Source: Malacoraja senta
Lineage: Eukaryota
Assembly (NCBI GenBank): GCA_038087875.1
Contig: JAXLNO010002458.1
Coordinates: 1 to 32,247, forward strand
Direction of reading: 5' to 3'
DNA length: 32,247 bases
In this document: piece by piece, positions 10,621 through 22,810 of the stretch
Layout of the letters: every line of letters begins with the position of its first letter
How positions within the stretch are numbered: position 1 is the first letter of the stretch
The notes under the pieces: generated by a model
What the model saw: the letters and a program-made list of their open reading frames with translations, nothing else
The model's database searches: none
What the model was told of the DNA's origin: nothing
Made by a program: the position numbers and the translations under genes

Positions 10621-11960
10621 CAGGGCCGGCCTTAGGAGGTGCGGGGCCCAATTGGGAAAAAAATTCGTAGAAATATAAATAAATAATTATAAATGAGTCA
10701 CGGGCCGTGAGTAACATGACAATTCGGGGTAGAGTTCCTTTCACAGCGTGTGGGGTCTAGCCAGGGGTAAAGTTGCGAGGATGGAAGGAGCGTTGAGAAG
10801 GAGGGGGTCGGTGTTCATGCCAGTAACACTCACTCACCGCTGCCACGGCGCTCCGGGCGCGGAGCCACCGCATTGTGGCCGGGGAGGCAAGCAGCTCGCG
10901 TGGCTACGAGCGGCCTCCATCACCGGACAGCGGAACCGACTGCCATCTCAGCGCCTTCTGACGGCCCGCTCACCTCTGGCAGTGCTCTCCGTCTGAACAG
11001 TGAGGGGACCAGCTCAAGAGCAAAGATCATAGAGCAGAGTGGGTCAGCGGGTGATGGATAACATCACAGCGGGCGGTGGAGCTTACTCCTGTGTCAACGC
11101 GAACAAGGGATCAATTGAGGTTACTCGCCCTGACATATGGAGTAAGCTCCACCGCCCGCTGTCCTGTTATCCATCGCCTGTTGACCCGCTCGAGTTGGAT
11201 GATCCCCGGCCGACCCCCTCCTCAACCCTCCTGCCCTCCCCGCTACTTTACCCCTGGACAGACTACCCACACGCTGTGAAATGAACTCTCTCTCCCCCCC
11301 CCCCCCCCAGCAGCGCTGTCCTTTTACTGCCGCTTCCCACTTTACAGCCGCTTCCCATCAGCTGCTAGCAATGAGGGATAGACTTGGCTATCCCTCAGTA
11401 CAACAACATCGTTCTTGATGTTGCTGTACTGAGGGATAACAAAGTCCATCTTTCTTGGCTAATAACCTAACCTTCGGCCTCCAAGATGCGAGTACATTTT
11501 CTAGCAATGTTACAAAATTTTGAGATTTTATAAATCAAGTCTGCAATTTTCTCTAACTCTGAAATTGGAGACAGACAAAAGCTGGACTAGCTCAGCAGGA
11601 CAGGCAACGCAGCGACTCTGGAGAGAAGACCATTCTTCAGACTGAACTGAACTCTCGTCGGTGAGAGTACTTGTGATTGTCTGAAGAAGGATCTCGACCA
11701 GAACCGCAACCCTCTCCCCAGAGCCCCTGCCCGTCCCGCTGAGCCACCACAGACAGGGAGTTGAAGGTAGACACAGGGGGTCCACCTTCAACTTCAGAGC
11801 CAAACAAAAAACACAGAGTGCTGGAGGAACTCAGCGGGCAAGGCAGCACCTGCGGAGGAAACATATCACTTATCAGGAGCCGCCCACGGGCCAGGACCCT
11901 CCCCCCCCGCACCCCTCCCCCCAACAGAAAGGAACCGCAGATGCAGCCGTCACCGCACAA
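10621..11960 (+). mobile_element. hAT-like non-autonomous DNA transposon, one end (right boundary uncertain)
   Basis: Starts CAGGGCCGGCCTTAGG, sharing 14 nt with the element end at 19911. CAGGG termini are typical of hAT. No transposase, partner TIR or TSD found. Confidence 0.6.
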
Positions 11961-12033
11961 TGTCTAAGAAGGAACTGTAGATGCTGGAAAATCGAAGATA
12001 GACAAAAATGCTGGAGAAATTCAGCGGGTGTGA

Positions 12034-14182
12034 AGCCCTGTCCCACTGTGCGAGTTCACCCAAGAGCTCTCCCGAGTTAAAAAAAAATCAAAACTCGTGG
12101 TAAACACGTAGAATGAACGTAGCGGGTACGTCGGAGCTCGGAACGTTTCAATAGACAATAGACAATTGGTGCAGGAGCAGGCCATTTGGCCCTTCGAGCC
12201 AGCACCGCCATTCAATGTGAACATGGCTGATCATCCACAATCAGTACCCCGTTCCTGCCTTCTCCCCATATCCCTGACTCAGCTATCTTTAAGAGCCCTA
12301 TCTAGCTCTCTCTTGAAAGCATCCAGAGAACCGGCCTCCACCGCCCTCTGAGGCAGAGAATTCCACACTCACCACTCTCTGTGAGAAAAAGTGTTTCCTC
12401 GTCCCCGTTCTAAATGGCTTACTCCTTATTCTTAAACTGTGGCCTCTGGTTCTGGACTCCCCAACATCGGGAACATGTTTCCTGCCTCTAGCGTGTCCAA
12501 GCCCTTAACAAATCTTATATGTTTCAATGAGATTCCCTCTCATCCTTCTAAACTCGAGAGTCTACAAGCCCAGCTGCTCCATTCTCTCAGCATATGACAG
12601 TCCCGCCATCCCGGGAATTAACCTTGTAAACCTACGCTGCACTCCCTCAATAGCAAGAATGTCCTTCCTCAAATTAGGGGACCAAAACTGCACACAATAC
12701 TCCAGGTGCGGTCTCACTAGAACTCTACAACTGCAGAAGGACCTCTTTGCTCCTATATTCGATTCCTCCTGTTATAAAGGCCAACATGCCATTTCTTAGC
12801 GCTAACGGCAGGTACTCGGGAAACGTGGTAACTTGTGAAGATTTTTCAACATGTTGAAAAATGTCCACATGTAAAATATACTCAGGATGTAAAAAATTTA
12901 TACTTTTTAACACGTAGTCATACCGTAGTAGCTCGTGAGTTTACCGTAGTAGGACCTGGTGCCCTATATCACTATTGTATGTTCATGATGGAAATAAGAA
13001 TACTCTGTATATTCATTACCTTTGAATTGTAGTTTTATGCAATCCTCCCATAATTTCTGTTCCATTTCACAATATCTATCAGACATACAGAATGTTGCAA
13101 GGTAATATCTTGCCCAAACTCAGTTGTATCTTTCTATCTCAATAAATATCACAAAATATGCCATTGTTTCAGCCACATTATGACAAAATATAGAATGTAG
13201 GTTATTTGTTATCAGAAATCCCATCCCAGAAACAACAGTACTTAAAGAACATTTGTTTTACTAATTTACGAGCATGTACCATAGGTTGATCCATATCCAA
13301 CAAAATGTTGTGATAATTGCATAACATGTATTGTTGTCTAAGAAATTTGGTGTGGAATGATAATCCATCTCAGTACTCATTTAGGCAAGTCCCAAACTAT
13401 AGATACTTTTCCCCCACACCCAATCCCCCTCGCCCGATCTTCATTGAACCTACCATTTGACTAATCTTTTACTCAGCTGCTGTAACGTTTCCCTCCTATC
13501 AAAATCTCTGTAGCATCTCTGCCCCTATCTTCCAATTCCCACTTTGAAATAAATTACAACTTGCGACAAAAATTTCGCAGCAGGATCGCTATATAGATAC
13601 AAATATATGGTATTTTATCCTAGCATTCCCCCCCCCCCCCCCCTTACCACCACACAAGAAGCGTAACTTGAAGCGTTTACGGACCAGGAATGAAAATTAA
13701 TAGCTATGAATCGATTAACAGCGAGCTGCGAGGTGAGATTGAAACACCTGTCAGAGGGATAAGAAACAATCCTGAGTTGACGGCGTATTGTTTTAAGTGA
13801 GCATTTTGCAGCGACCTCGCCATATTCTGGTCAAATATTCTTTCCACGGAAATCTCCTATTTCACTTTGAAATTATATTCATTTATAACTGTTTGTAACA
13901 TCAGTAACCACCTTAATGTTCGTGCGTTTAGTACTGGGTATGCTTGAAACTATTTATTGTAATGTACTGTATCTTAAAAAAAAAACTATATCAACTAGGT
14001 GTGAAAATTACACTGAATCGAACGATGATTGAAAATGCGTGGGAATCGACTAATCGCGATCCTGCTGCAAATTGTTTAAGTCGAAATCTGTATTTTATTT
14101 CAAAGTGGGAATTTGAAGATGGGACAGAGATGCTACCAGAGATTTTAAGCTCTTGTGTGAACTCGCACAATGGGACAGGGCT
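12034..14182. mobile_element. Duplicate of the Harbinger-like element and its nested contents
   Basis: Same TIRs and TGA TSD inside copy A'. Confidence 0.85.
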
Positions 14183-14529
14183 TGAGGCAGCATCCATGGA
14201 GTGAAGGAAATAGCCGGGTCTGAAGAAGGGTTTTGACCCGAAACGTTGCATATTTCCTTCGCTCCATAGATGCTGCCTCACCCGCTAAGTTTCTCCAGCA
14301 TTTTTGTATACCGCAAAACGTCAATGATTCCGGGAATGCCGAGAGAGCTAGAGTGGTGGGGAACGGGAGAGAGAGAGCGCGCACGGGAGAGAGAGCGCAC
14401 GGGGGAGAGAGAGCCGCGAGAGAGAGAGGGAGGGAGAGAGCGAGAGACAGAGAGACACAACGTGGGTCGGTAGGTAAATTGAATGACTATATTACTTTTC
14501 ATGATAATGGCAGACTGATTATTGCAGAA

Positions 14530-14927
14530 GTGTTTCTTTGTAGAACGTGTTTTATTGCGCTCTTCATAAATGGGGATTAACGTTATGCCAAAATGGAAAG
14601 CTAAGAATCAATATTTGGGGAAGAGGCCCCTGCAAATGCCCATCCATGTGAAATCCTTTGGTCTGGACCAGGATTTAACCTGTTCACTGCAAATAATTGT
14701 TTTCTTTTTTCACTTGTATACTCTGACCCGAGTATACTCTGGGGTGGCACTGAATGGGTTAATTCTATCCAGCGAGGATAGGGGGTTGTGGTATTTAACA
14801 TCACTTGGTTTGAAGGTGATCCTTTTCATGCACCCAGTGGTCTGGTAGAATAATGTACACTTGTTGCATTATCAGTCAGAATGTCAGGCTACTGACCCAG
14901 AAACATGTTCAAATCTCTCTGTTGGAG
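14530..14927 (-). other. Duplicate of the candidate terminal exon
   Basis: Acceptor at 14927, TGA 14884-14886, AATAAA 14551-14556. Confidence 0.45.
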
Positions 14928-15346
14928 CTGGGGAATTGAAATATGAATCATTAGAATAAATCAAAAATGTTTGATTAAAAGAAATGTTTGTCTTGGTGGC
15001 TCAGTGGCTGGTAATACAACTGAATTGGTGCAAAATGGGGGAATCTGCAGTCCATACCTGATCCACTCTCAATGAGTCTCCAAACTCACCCTTGTGGTTT
15101 ACTCTAGACTCTGAGGGCGTCTAAGTACCACGTCACCAAAGCAAATAACTAAATTGAAAATAGCTCAATCCAATCCCGAAACCAGAAAGGGGCCCACAGA
15201 AGGTACAGGCGATTCCTCACCAGTTCGCTGCTTGCCCTTCTCTCTCCTCATCGAGCATCTCTCATCTTCTCAACACATGCCTTTGCTGAATCTTTCTATT
15301 GGCACTTTGACAGAGGTGGATACAGAGGCAACACCAGTACTCAACT

Positions 15347-18300
15347 TTTTAAAATTTCAAAATAGACTTTATTCAGGTAATAAATATATACAATACATGA
15401 ACCGTGCGACAAATTCATCCGACATTTTCGGAGGCTATACAAATTGTTCAATGCAGTTTATATACATTTCTCACAAATCTGTCCCCCACCCGTGCCACTC
15501 ATGTGCCCCCCTGGCGTGGCATACCTTCCCTTATTTTGAGGGGCGTCTCCACCATACCGTGCCCCCCATGTCCAGCAGCGGGAGGACCCTAGACTGTGGT
15601 CCTCCCCCACCGAGCCTTGGCGTTGGCTGCACCGAGCTTCAGTGCGTCCCTCAGCACGTACTCCTGCAGTCTGCAGCGGGCCAGTCGGCAACATTCCCTG
15701 ACGGACATCTCGCTCTGCTGGGTGGTGAACAACGCTCGGGCAGACCAAAGAGCATCTTTCACCGAGTTGATGACCCTCCAGCAGCATTCGATGTCCGTCT
15801 CTGAATGTGTCCCTGGGAACAGTCCGTAAACCAGAGTTCTCTGTGACGGAGCTGTTCGGGATAAAGCGTGCCAGGGATCCCTGCATACTCCTCCAGACTC
15901 TTTTTGCAAATCCACACTCTGAGAAGAGGTGGGCAACCGTCTCCTCTCCATAGCAGCCGTCCCGAGGGCAGCGTGCGCTGGCAGTGAGGTTCCGACGGTG
16001 CAGGAAGGATCTGACTGGGAGGGCTCCCCTCACCGCCAGACAAGCCAGGTCTTCGTGCTTGTTGGTGAGTTCTGGCGATGAGGCATTTTGCCAGACAAGC
16101 TGGGCAGTCTGCTCTGGGAACCACGCCACCGGATCCATCGAGTCCTTTCCCTGCAGTGCCTGCATTACGTTCCGTGCTGACCACTGCCCAATGGACATGT
16201 GGTCAAAGGTGTTGGTCCGGAAGAACCTTTCCACAAACGACAGATGGGGCGGCAATGTACAGCTGACTGACTGTGTGGCATCTGCGTTAGGCCCATCCTT
16301 CGCAACACCGGGGACAGGTAGAACCTCAGCAGGTAGTGACACTTGGTGCCCACGTGCCTTGGCTCTACACTCCGCCTGATGCAGCCACACACAAAGGTGG
16401 CCATCAGGGTGAGGGCGACGTTGGACACGCTTTTATCCCCGTTGTCTGCTGACTTGTACATTGTGGCCCGGTTCACCCGGTCTATCCTCGACCCCCAGAT
16501 GAACTGGAAGACAGCCCGGGTGATCCCTGTGGCGTAGGAGGGAGGGACAGGCCACACTTGCGCCAAGTACAGCAGCCCCGAGAGCACCTCACACCTGATG
16601 TCCACATTTTTTCCGGTTATGGAGAGGGAGCGTTGCCTCCACAGCTCCTGCTTCTTCCCCACCTTGGCTATCCGCTTCAGCCAATTCTTGTAACACGCCT
16701 CAGCCCGCCCGAACCAGATCCACAGCACCTTCAAGAAGTCAGGCTTGATGGTAAAGGGGACGGAAGATTGGTCGGGCCAGTTGCCAAAGAGCATGGCTTC
16801 GCTCTTCCTGCGGTTCACCCTGGCTCCCGTGGCCGACTCAAACTGGTCGCAGATGCTGATCAATCTGCGGACCGACCCTGGATCCGAGCAGAAGACAGCG
16901 ACATCGTCCATGTACAGGGAGGTTTTGACTTGAATGGGTCTGGGGAATGTTATTCTCGTGTTGGTTGCCTTCAAGTCTCGCAATGTCACTCCTCTTATGC
17001 TCACATCCTTCCTGATGGACTCGGCAAAAGATTCAATACAGCAGACAAACAAGACAGGAGAGAGAGAGGGCACCCCTGCCTGACTCCAGACCTTACAGGG
17101 AAACTGTCTGATTCCCACCCATTGATTTGGACTGCACTACGGATATTGGTGTAGAGCAGTTTGATCCAATTTCGGATTCCCTCCCCAAAACCCATTTTGG
17201 AGAGCACGTCCCTCATGTACGTGTGCGATATCCTGTCGAAGGCCTTCTCCTGGTCCAAGCTGACTAGGCAGGCATCCACCCGTCTGTCCTGCACGTAGGC
17301 GATGGTATCTCTCAACAGCGCGAGGCTGTCTGAGATTTTCCTGCCAGGTACAGCACAGGTTTGGTCCGGGTGGATCACCTATCCCAGAGCAGACTTGACC
17401 CGGTTGGCGATGGCCTTAGACAGGATCTTGTAATCTACATTCAACAATGTGATGGGTCTCCAATTCTTTATGTCCTTCATCTCCCCCTTCTGCTTGTAGA
17501 TTAGGGTGATGCTGCCCTTCCTCATGGAGTCTGACATGCTGCTGGCTAGTAGCATGTCATTGTACATTTCCCGCAGGTCCGGGCCCACCCAGTCCCACAG
17601 AGCCGAATACAACTCGGCCGGTAAGCCATCGCTTCCGGGAGTTTTACTCGAGTCAAAGGAACGGATGGAGCCAGTCAGCTCCTCTCGGGTCAGTGGTTGG
17701 TCCAGACTCTCCCGCTTGCTGTCCTCTAAGACCTCCGTGATAGAGGACAGGAAGTTCTGGGAGGCGGTGCTGTCCGTGGCCTTTTTGTCATACAAATGCG
17801 TGTAAAAGGATTTGCAGATCCTCAGCATGTCCGTCTGCGAGGATGCTACCGAGCCGTCCTCCTCCCTAAGGCTGTTCGTCACAGAGCTCCCCCTGTGAAC
17901 CTTATGGAAGAAGAAACGTGAGCACGTCTCATCCTGCTCCACATGGCGGACCCTGGATCAGAAGATGATCTTGGAGGATTCAGAGGTAAAGAGCCAAGCT
18001 TGCCGGTCCTTCACCTCTCTAAGTTCCTCCCTCACATCCACCCCTCTCGACTGCAGAAGGAGCAGTTGTTGCAAATGTGTCTGGAGTTGGCACAATTCCC
18101 TCTGTCTTGCTCTCTGAACCCCTTTAACTAAGAAGAACCTCTTAATGTTCTCGTTGGTTGCTTCCTACCAGAGTGTCGGGGAGTCAAAGAGGGGCTTCAC
18201 CGTTCTCCAACATGCGTAGTTCTTCAATGTTCTCTGGGGTTAACAGCTTCATATTTAACTTCGACGTCCCTCTGCCTGCCTTCTGGTCCTCCTGTAGGTT

Positions 18301-18356
18301 ACAGGAAGCCTGAAGGAGGCAGTGGTCAGAGAAGAACACTGGCGTGAGGTCAGTGT
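15347..18356 (-). mobile_element. Tx1-type (L1 clade) retrotransposon, 5'-truncated, frameshifted ORF2
   Basis: TPVFFSDH (EN end), KTPGSDGLP, SLDQEKAFDRISH, GVRQGCPLS, TSLYMDDV, C-terminal CPRDGC...ETVAHLFSEC. Candidate TSD CTCAACT at 15340-15346 / 18357-18363. Confidence 0.92.
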
Positions 18357-19147
18357 CTCAACTGTCCCCAAAGTCTGTCCCTTAGTGGTGGTTTGTGAAG
18401 AGCTGTGGGCACCTGTCAGATGGGCTGGTCCTGTCCTTGTCACCTTTGGGTCTGGGGAATGTTATTCTCGTGTTGGTTGCCTTCAAGTCATTTCTATTAA
18501 TGTGGGAGAGCTATGCGCATGCACTAGCGACATGATCTTCATTGGCTGGAGACGTGAAGCCCTGTGGCAGGTAAAAGGCCAAGATGGATGGATATAGATG
18601 TCTAGTTCTCTGTAGCATGCATCCATTTGTGCAGCAGTACACATTCAGTAATCCCCTTCCACATCCACAAGCGTGATAGTCTGGTTTGCTGGCTGCACTG
18701 AGACTGAAAACATTTCTGAATGGAGCAGGGAATCTCCTTCATACTTTATCTTGTGTGACAATCTCCTGCTTGAGGCTTCTCACACCCTTCGATGCTTGTT
18801 TGTGGGGCGCGGGAGATGAGGAAATGACTATAATGGTACACAATCTTGTGATTGTGCAGCACTTTACTGGAAATAGTTAATAGAATTCTTGCCTTTGCCT
18901 CAAATTTAACATGGGGATGAATTAAATTGTGGAGACAGAGTGGGAGAATGTTCTGCCCTAACGGAGAGGATTTGCATCACATTCTTCCTGCCTTCATGTG
19001 CAGTACACAGGGTGGCACGGTGGCACAGTGGCACAGGTGCTGGAGCTGCTGCCTCACAGGGTTCCATCCGGATTGTTTTTTTGTTCAGTTTAGAGATATA
19101 GAGTACAAACAGGCCCTTCAGCGCACCGATTCCGCACCGACCAATAT

Positions 19148-19301
19148 NNNNNNNNNNNNNNNNNNNNNNNNNNNNNNNNNNNNNNNNNNNNNNNNNNNNN
19201 NNNNNNNNNNNNNNNNNNNNNNNNNNNNNNNNNNNNNNNNNNNNNNNNNNNNNNNNNNNNNNNNNNNNNNNNNNNNNNNNNNNNNNNNNNNNNNNNNNNN
19301 N
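19148..19301. other. Assembly gap, 154 N
   Basis: Run of N, flanked on the left by SINE pieces. Confidence 1.
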
Positions 19302-19457
19302 ACATTTGGGGTGCTAATTCTGTAGCATAGTTTGGGTGGCTGCTGGTTTGGCCAAATGTGAAACTGATCCCTGAGTTGCCGTATATGACCAGTAAGATCT
19401 GTGGAATTGGACTGTACCTCCCCTTGGAATAAGCACCAAGTCTATTTGCTTTCTCAC

Positions 19458-19544
19458 CATTAAAACATAATCTAGATGTTAGTTTTTTTAATGCGGAATG
19501 GTTAGAATTTATCTTAAAGTCACAAATTCTCTGAGGTTTCAATC
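19458..19544 (-). other. Candidate 87-nt phase 1-1 exon (LKPQRICDFKINSNHSALKKLTSRLCFN)
   Basis: Acceptor TTCCCAATTTTCTGCAG| and donor G|GTGAGA, open frame. No recognised homology. Confidence 0.3.
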
Positions 19545-20201
19545 CTGCAGAAAATTGGGAAACAGCTGAAGACAGAGAAAATATAATATCAAAAACTGAC
19601 AGGAGGTTAATCTAGGTAGCTCGAGGTAGAAAACTTGCAGATATTTGAGAGAGATATTTGAGAGATTTTTAATCTTGTATTTGGACTTCACTTCATTACT
19701 GCTCTTTGCAAAGCCTCTTGTTAATCCTATTTCAACCCTAAATTCTTTTAGTGGTGTTACTTTTGGTCAAGTTGGGTGAAAATCCACAGCATTCACTGGA
19801 CTGATAACATACGATGGGGAATGTGTGGAATTCCCTTTGTGCTTTTCTGTATCTTCCACTTATGGTGTACCACATTTGTGTCGTTTTGTGCTCTACGCTA
19901 GTGGTGTATTCAGGGCCGGCCTTAAGCCGATTGGACCGATTGCTCCCAATTGGGCTTCGCGCCAGTGGGGGGCCCGCGCTAATTTTCCGTATTTCGTACT
20001 TAAATACGAATTCGCGTTGCTAAATACAATAAAAAAAAAAAAAAACATTTGCCTTGTTAAATACGGATTTTTTTTTTTTAAACGAACATGGATAAAATCC
20101 ACTGCACCGGCCATCAGATATAAATGTGTTAACTACCAGCACGTTAACAGCCAGTAGTTAACACGTAGTTATACAATGTGTCATCAATTAATCGATCCAC
20201 A

Positions 20202-22411
20202 AACATACCTTGATATGTTCTGGTAATTTCGATTCCCAAGTATTTAAATTTTTCTGTAGCTATTTTAAAAGGGAATTTTAAAAGATGTGTTGAATCTTTC
20301 GGTTTTATTGACATAATTTCACTTTTATTCCAATTTATTCTATATCCAGCAAAAGATCCAAAGTCTTCAATTAAATTTAATATATTTGGTATAGTGATTT
20401 GAGGTTTTGTAATGTACAATAATATATCATCCGCGTATAAAGATATTTTATTATATGAGTCTTTAGTATTATATCCATGGATATCAGGGTGTATTCTTAT
20501 TTTTTCTGCTAGCGGTTCAATAATGAGAGCAAACAGCTGTGGTGATAATGAGCATCCTTGCCTATTTCCCCTTGATAGTTGGAATTTTGACTCCCTACTT
20601 AATAAATTAAACACACTAATTAAATTCTGGAAAACGCTCCCGATGTCTTTAATAGGCCGAATAAACGCAATAAAAATGATCTTTCTACCACAAATTTTAT
20701 ACCTATTTCAATCAATTCCTATATACTTACCAAAGAAGTTTAAAAAAAAACTCGACTCAGATATCACTAATTTTATATGGGACTATAAATCACATAGAAT
20801 ACAAAAAACTCATCTGAATAAACCTAAAGTATTAGGGGGTTTAGCACTACCTAATTTTATGTATTATTATTGGTCAGTAAATATTAAAAATATGATTCAA
20901 CTGATGGATAACTCCGCCCAGCAAGTGGACTGGATTGTAATGGAGAAAGAGGATTGCTCCTCTAGAAACATTGGAGCGATCCTCCTTTCTCCAATGAAAT
21001 TGAATAACATAAATTATAATAAGAACCCAATTATTCATAGTACAATCCGAATTTGGAAACAAATAAAACAAAACTTAAAATTAAGAAATTTATCACTTTT
21101 ATTACCTATGGTTAATAACCCTTCGTTTAATCCTTCTATTATAGATAAAGCTCATACACATTGGGATAGACTAGGAATTAAAACGCTTGGTGACTTGTAT
21201 GAAACTGGAAAATTACTTTCATTTCAACAATTACAAATAAAATATAAACTCGGAAATAATCAATATTTTAAATATGTTCAAATATGCGACTATTTGAAAA
21301 AATATACAAAAGATCATTATAATAACCCAGTAGATGTATTGGACGAGGCAATGCAGATAAAAGCGGAATCAGCAAACTTAATATCATATTTGTATAATAT
21401 TATCTTAAATGTACAAATACCATCTACGGAGGGTATCAGAAGAGACTGGGAACAAGAGTTAGCTATTAAAATTTCAAAGGAAAGTTGGAATGAATACTTA
21501 TTAAACGTGCATAAATGCTCGATTAATGTAAGACACACTTTAAAATTTTACATAGATTATATTATTCGAAAACTAAAATTCATAAAATTTTCCCAAATGT
21601 ATCATCTATTTGTGATAAATGTCAATCCCAAGAAGCTACTATAGCGCACTCATTCGTTTTCTGTACAAAAATTCAAAAATTTTGGAATGAAATTTTTGAA
21701 ATCTTTACAAAGTTATTTAAAACAAGACTGATACCCAAAGCAGAATGGATTATCTTCGGAATAAAGGAAGATGGTCCAGAACTAAATGTGTTTCAAAAGA
21801 AACTAATGGACTATGGGTTAATAACTGGAAAAAAGCTCATTCTAAAATTTTGGAAGAAGGCTCCAATACCAACTATAAATATGTGGATTTCAAATTTCAA
21901 ACATTACACCTAGAAGAGATAAGACTCCTCCTAGCAGGTAAACCAGATCACTTCCACCTGACGTGGTCTGCATTTATAGAATTATTACAAATATAGGGTG
22001 CAAAAGTACTTAAAAAAAAAAAAATTGAGGTCAGGTAAGAGGGGATGATAGTTGAAGAGTTGGTATGTCCCATTTACGTAATGCTCATAAAAATATTTGT
22101 TTCTCTCTTTTTCCTCTTTCTCTTTCTCTTTCTTTTCTAGGGCCTATTTCTTAACTCTTTTTCTTTTGTTTTTAATTTTGCTCTTATAGGGTCTTCGTCC
22201 TTTTTTGTTGTCACATTTTCTACACTTTCACTTTTTCCTTCACTTTCTTCTTTCTTTCAATCTTTTCCTTTTCTAGTGTAAAAAATAAATGGAGTACATT
22301 AATTGTACGAGGATATAAATGACGAGTACTAATGTATGCGGTTGTAATGTAATGTACTTCTAATAAATAAATAAAAAATAAAAAAAATTAAAAAAAAAAA
22401 ATTAAAAAAAA
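20202..22411 (+). mobile_element. L1 with 5' inversion (20202-20593 inverted, 20594-22411 sense), poly(A) and 16-bp TSD
   Basis: TSD AATTAATCGATCCACA at 20186-20201 and 22412-22427. Inverted part encodes ESKFQLSRGNRQG...LYADD...RTYQGMF; sense part resumes at LLNKLN. Confidence 0.95.
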
Positions 22412-22416
22412 AATTA

Positions 22417-22538
22417 ATCGATCCACATTCCTCAGTAAATGTACTTGTGTTTTGACCAAGTATTAATGACGCCCCGTGAATTTTATTCAAAGGAACGCGA
22501 CGTCATTAATACTTGGTCACTGAGGAATGTAGATCGAT
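22417..22538. repeat. Inverted repeat, 38-bp arms with a 17-nt insertion in the left arm
   Basis: ATCGATCCACATTCCTCAG+TGACCAAGTATTAATGACG versus CGTCATTAATACTTGGTCA+CTGAGGAATGTAGATCGAT. Confidence 0.9.
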
Positions 22539-22619
22539 GCATTGACGACATTGAGAATTTCTTAAAACTCATCATCATGGTTGAGGGCTCAGACCGCGAG
22601 CTTCTTCTTGGTGTGCAGG

Positions 22620-22810
22620 TTAGTCATTCACCTACCGACCCACGTTGTGTCTCTCTGTCTTTCGCTCTTTCCGTCCCTCCCTCTCTCTCTCTCTCGCTCT
22701 CTCGCTCTCTCACGCTCTCTCACTCCCTCTCTCTCACCCTGTTGCCTCGGCATTCCCGGAATCATTGACGTTTTGCGGTGACGGCTGCATCTGCGATTCC
22801 TTTCTGTTGG
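22620..22810 (-). repeat. Uninterrupted (empty-site) copy of segment X
   Basis: Reverse complement reads ...GCAGCCGTCACCGCAAAACGTCAATGATTCCGGG..., joining 1325 to 3677. Confidence 0.88.

Larger units (their letters stand above)
10638..15014 (+). repeat. Near-identical duplicated segment, copy A'
   Basis: Differs from 1-4367 mainly by homopolymer lengths, one C/T (GACGGCGCATT vs GACGGCGTATT) and CTAGTTTTTACAC vs CTAGGTGTGAAAATTACAC. Confidence 0.97.
19911..22620. mobile_element. hAT-like element end interrupted by an L1
   Basis: CAGGGCCGGCCTTAAGCCGATTGG... terminus related to 10621; sequence resumes after the L1 TSD. Confidence 0.55.

Noticed and set aside
15154-15804. 216-aa plus-strand ORF and other long ORFs at 15596-17805 and 30432-31743
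   Set aside because: Antisense shadows of the Tx1 and Penelope coding regions.
18620-18703. Minus-strand VSVQPANQTITLVDVEGDY*MCTA after a TTTTCAG acceptor, as the missing first half of the alpha-3 exon
   Set aside because: Cys position fits, but there is an in-frame stop, no G-FYP continuation and no GGTAGAAG TSD.
18970-18977. Octamer ATTTGCAT as an Ig promoter
   Set aside because: Single 8-mer with no leader or V exon nearby.
19814-19910. Hydrophobic stretch as the missing transmembrane exon
   Set aside because: Wrong strand relative to the alpha-3 exon, T-rich composition explains it, and no clear splice sites.
20412-21644. 410-aa ORF as an intact protein
   Set aside because: The first 60 or so residues are antisense L1 from the inverted segment; the ORF is a junction chimera.
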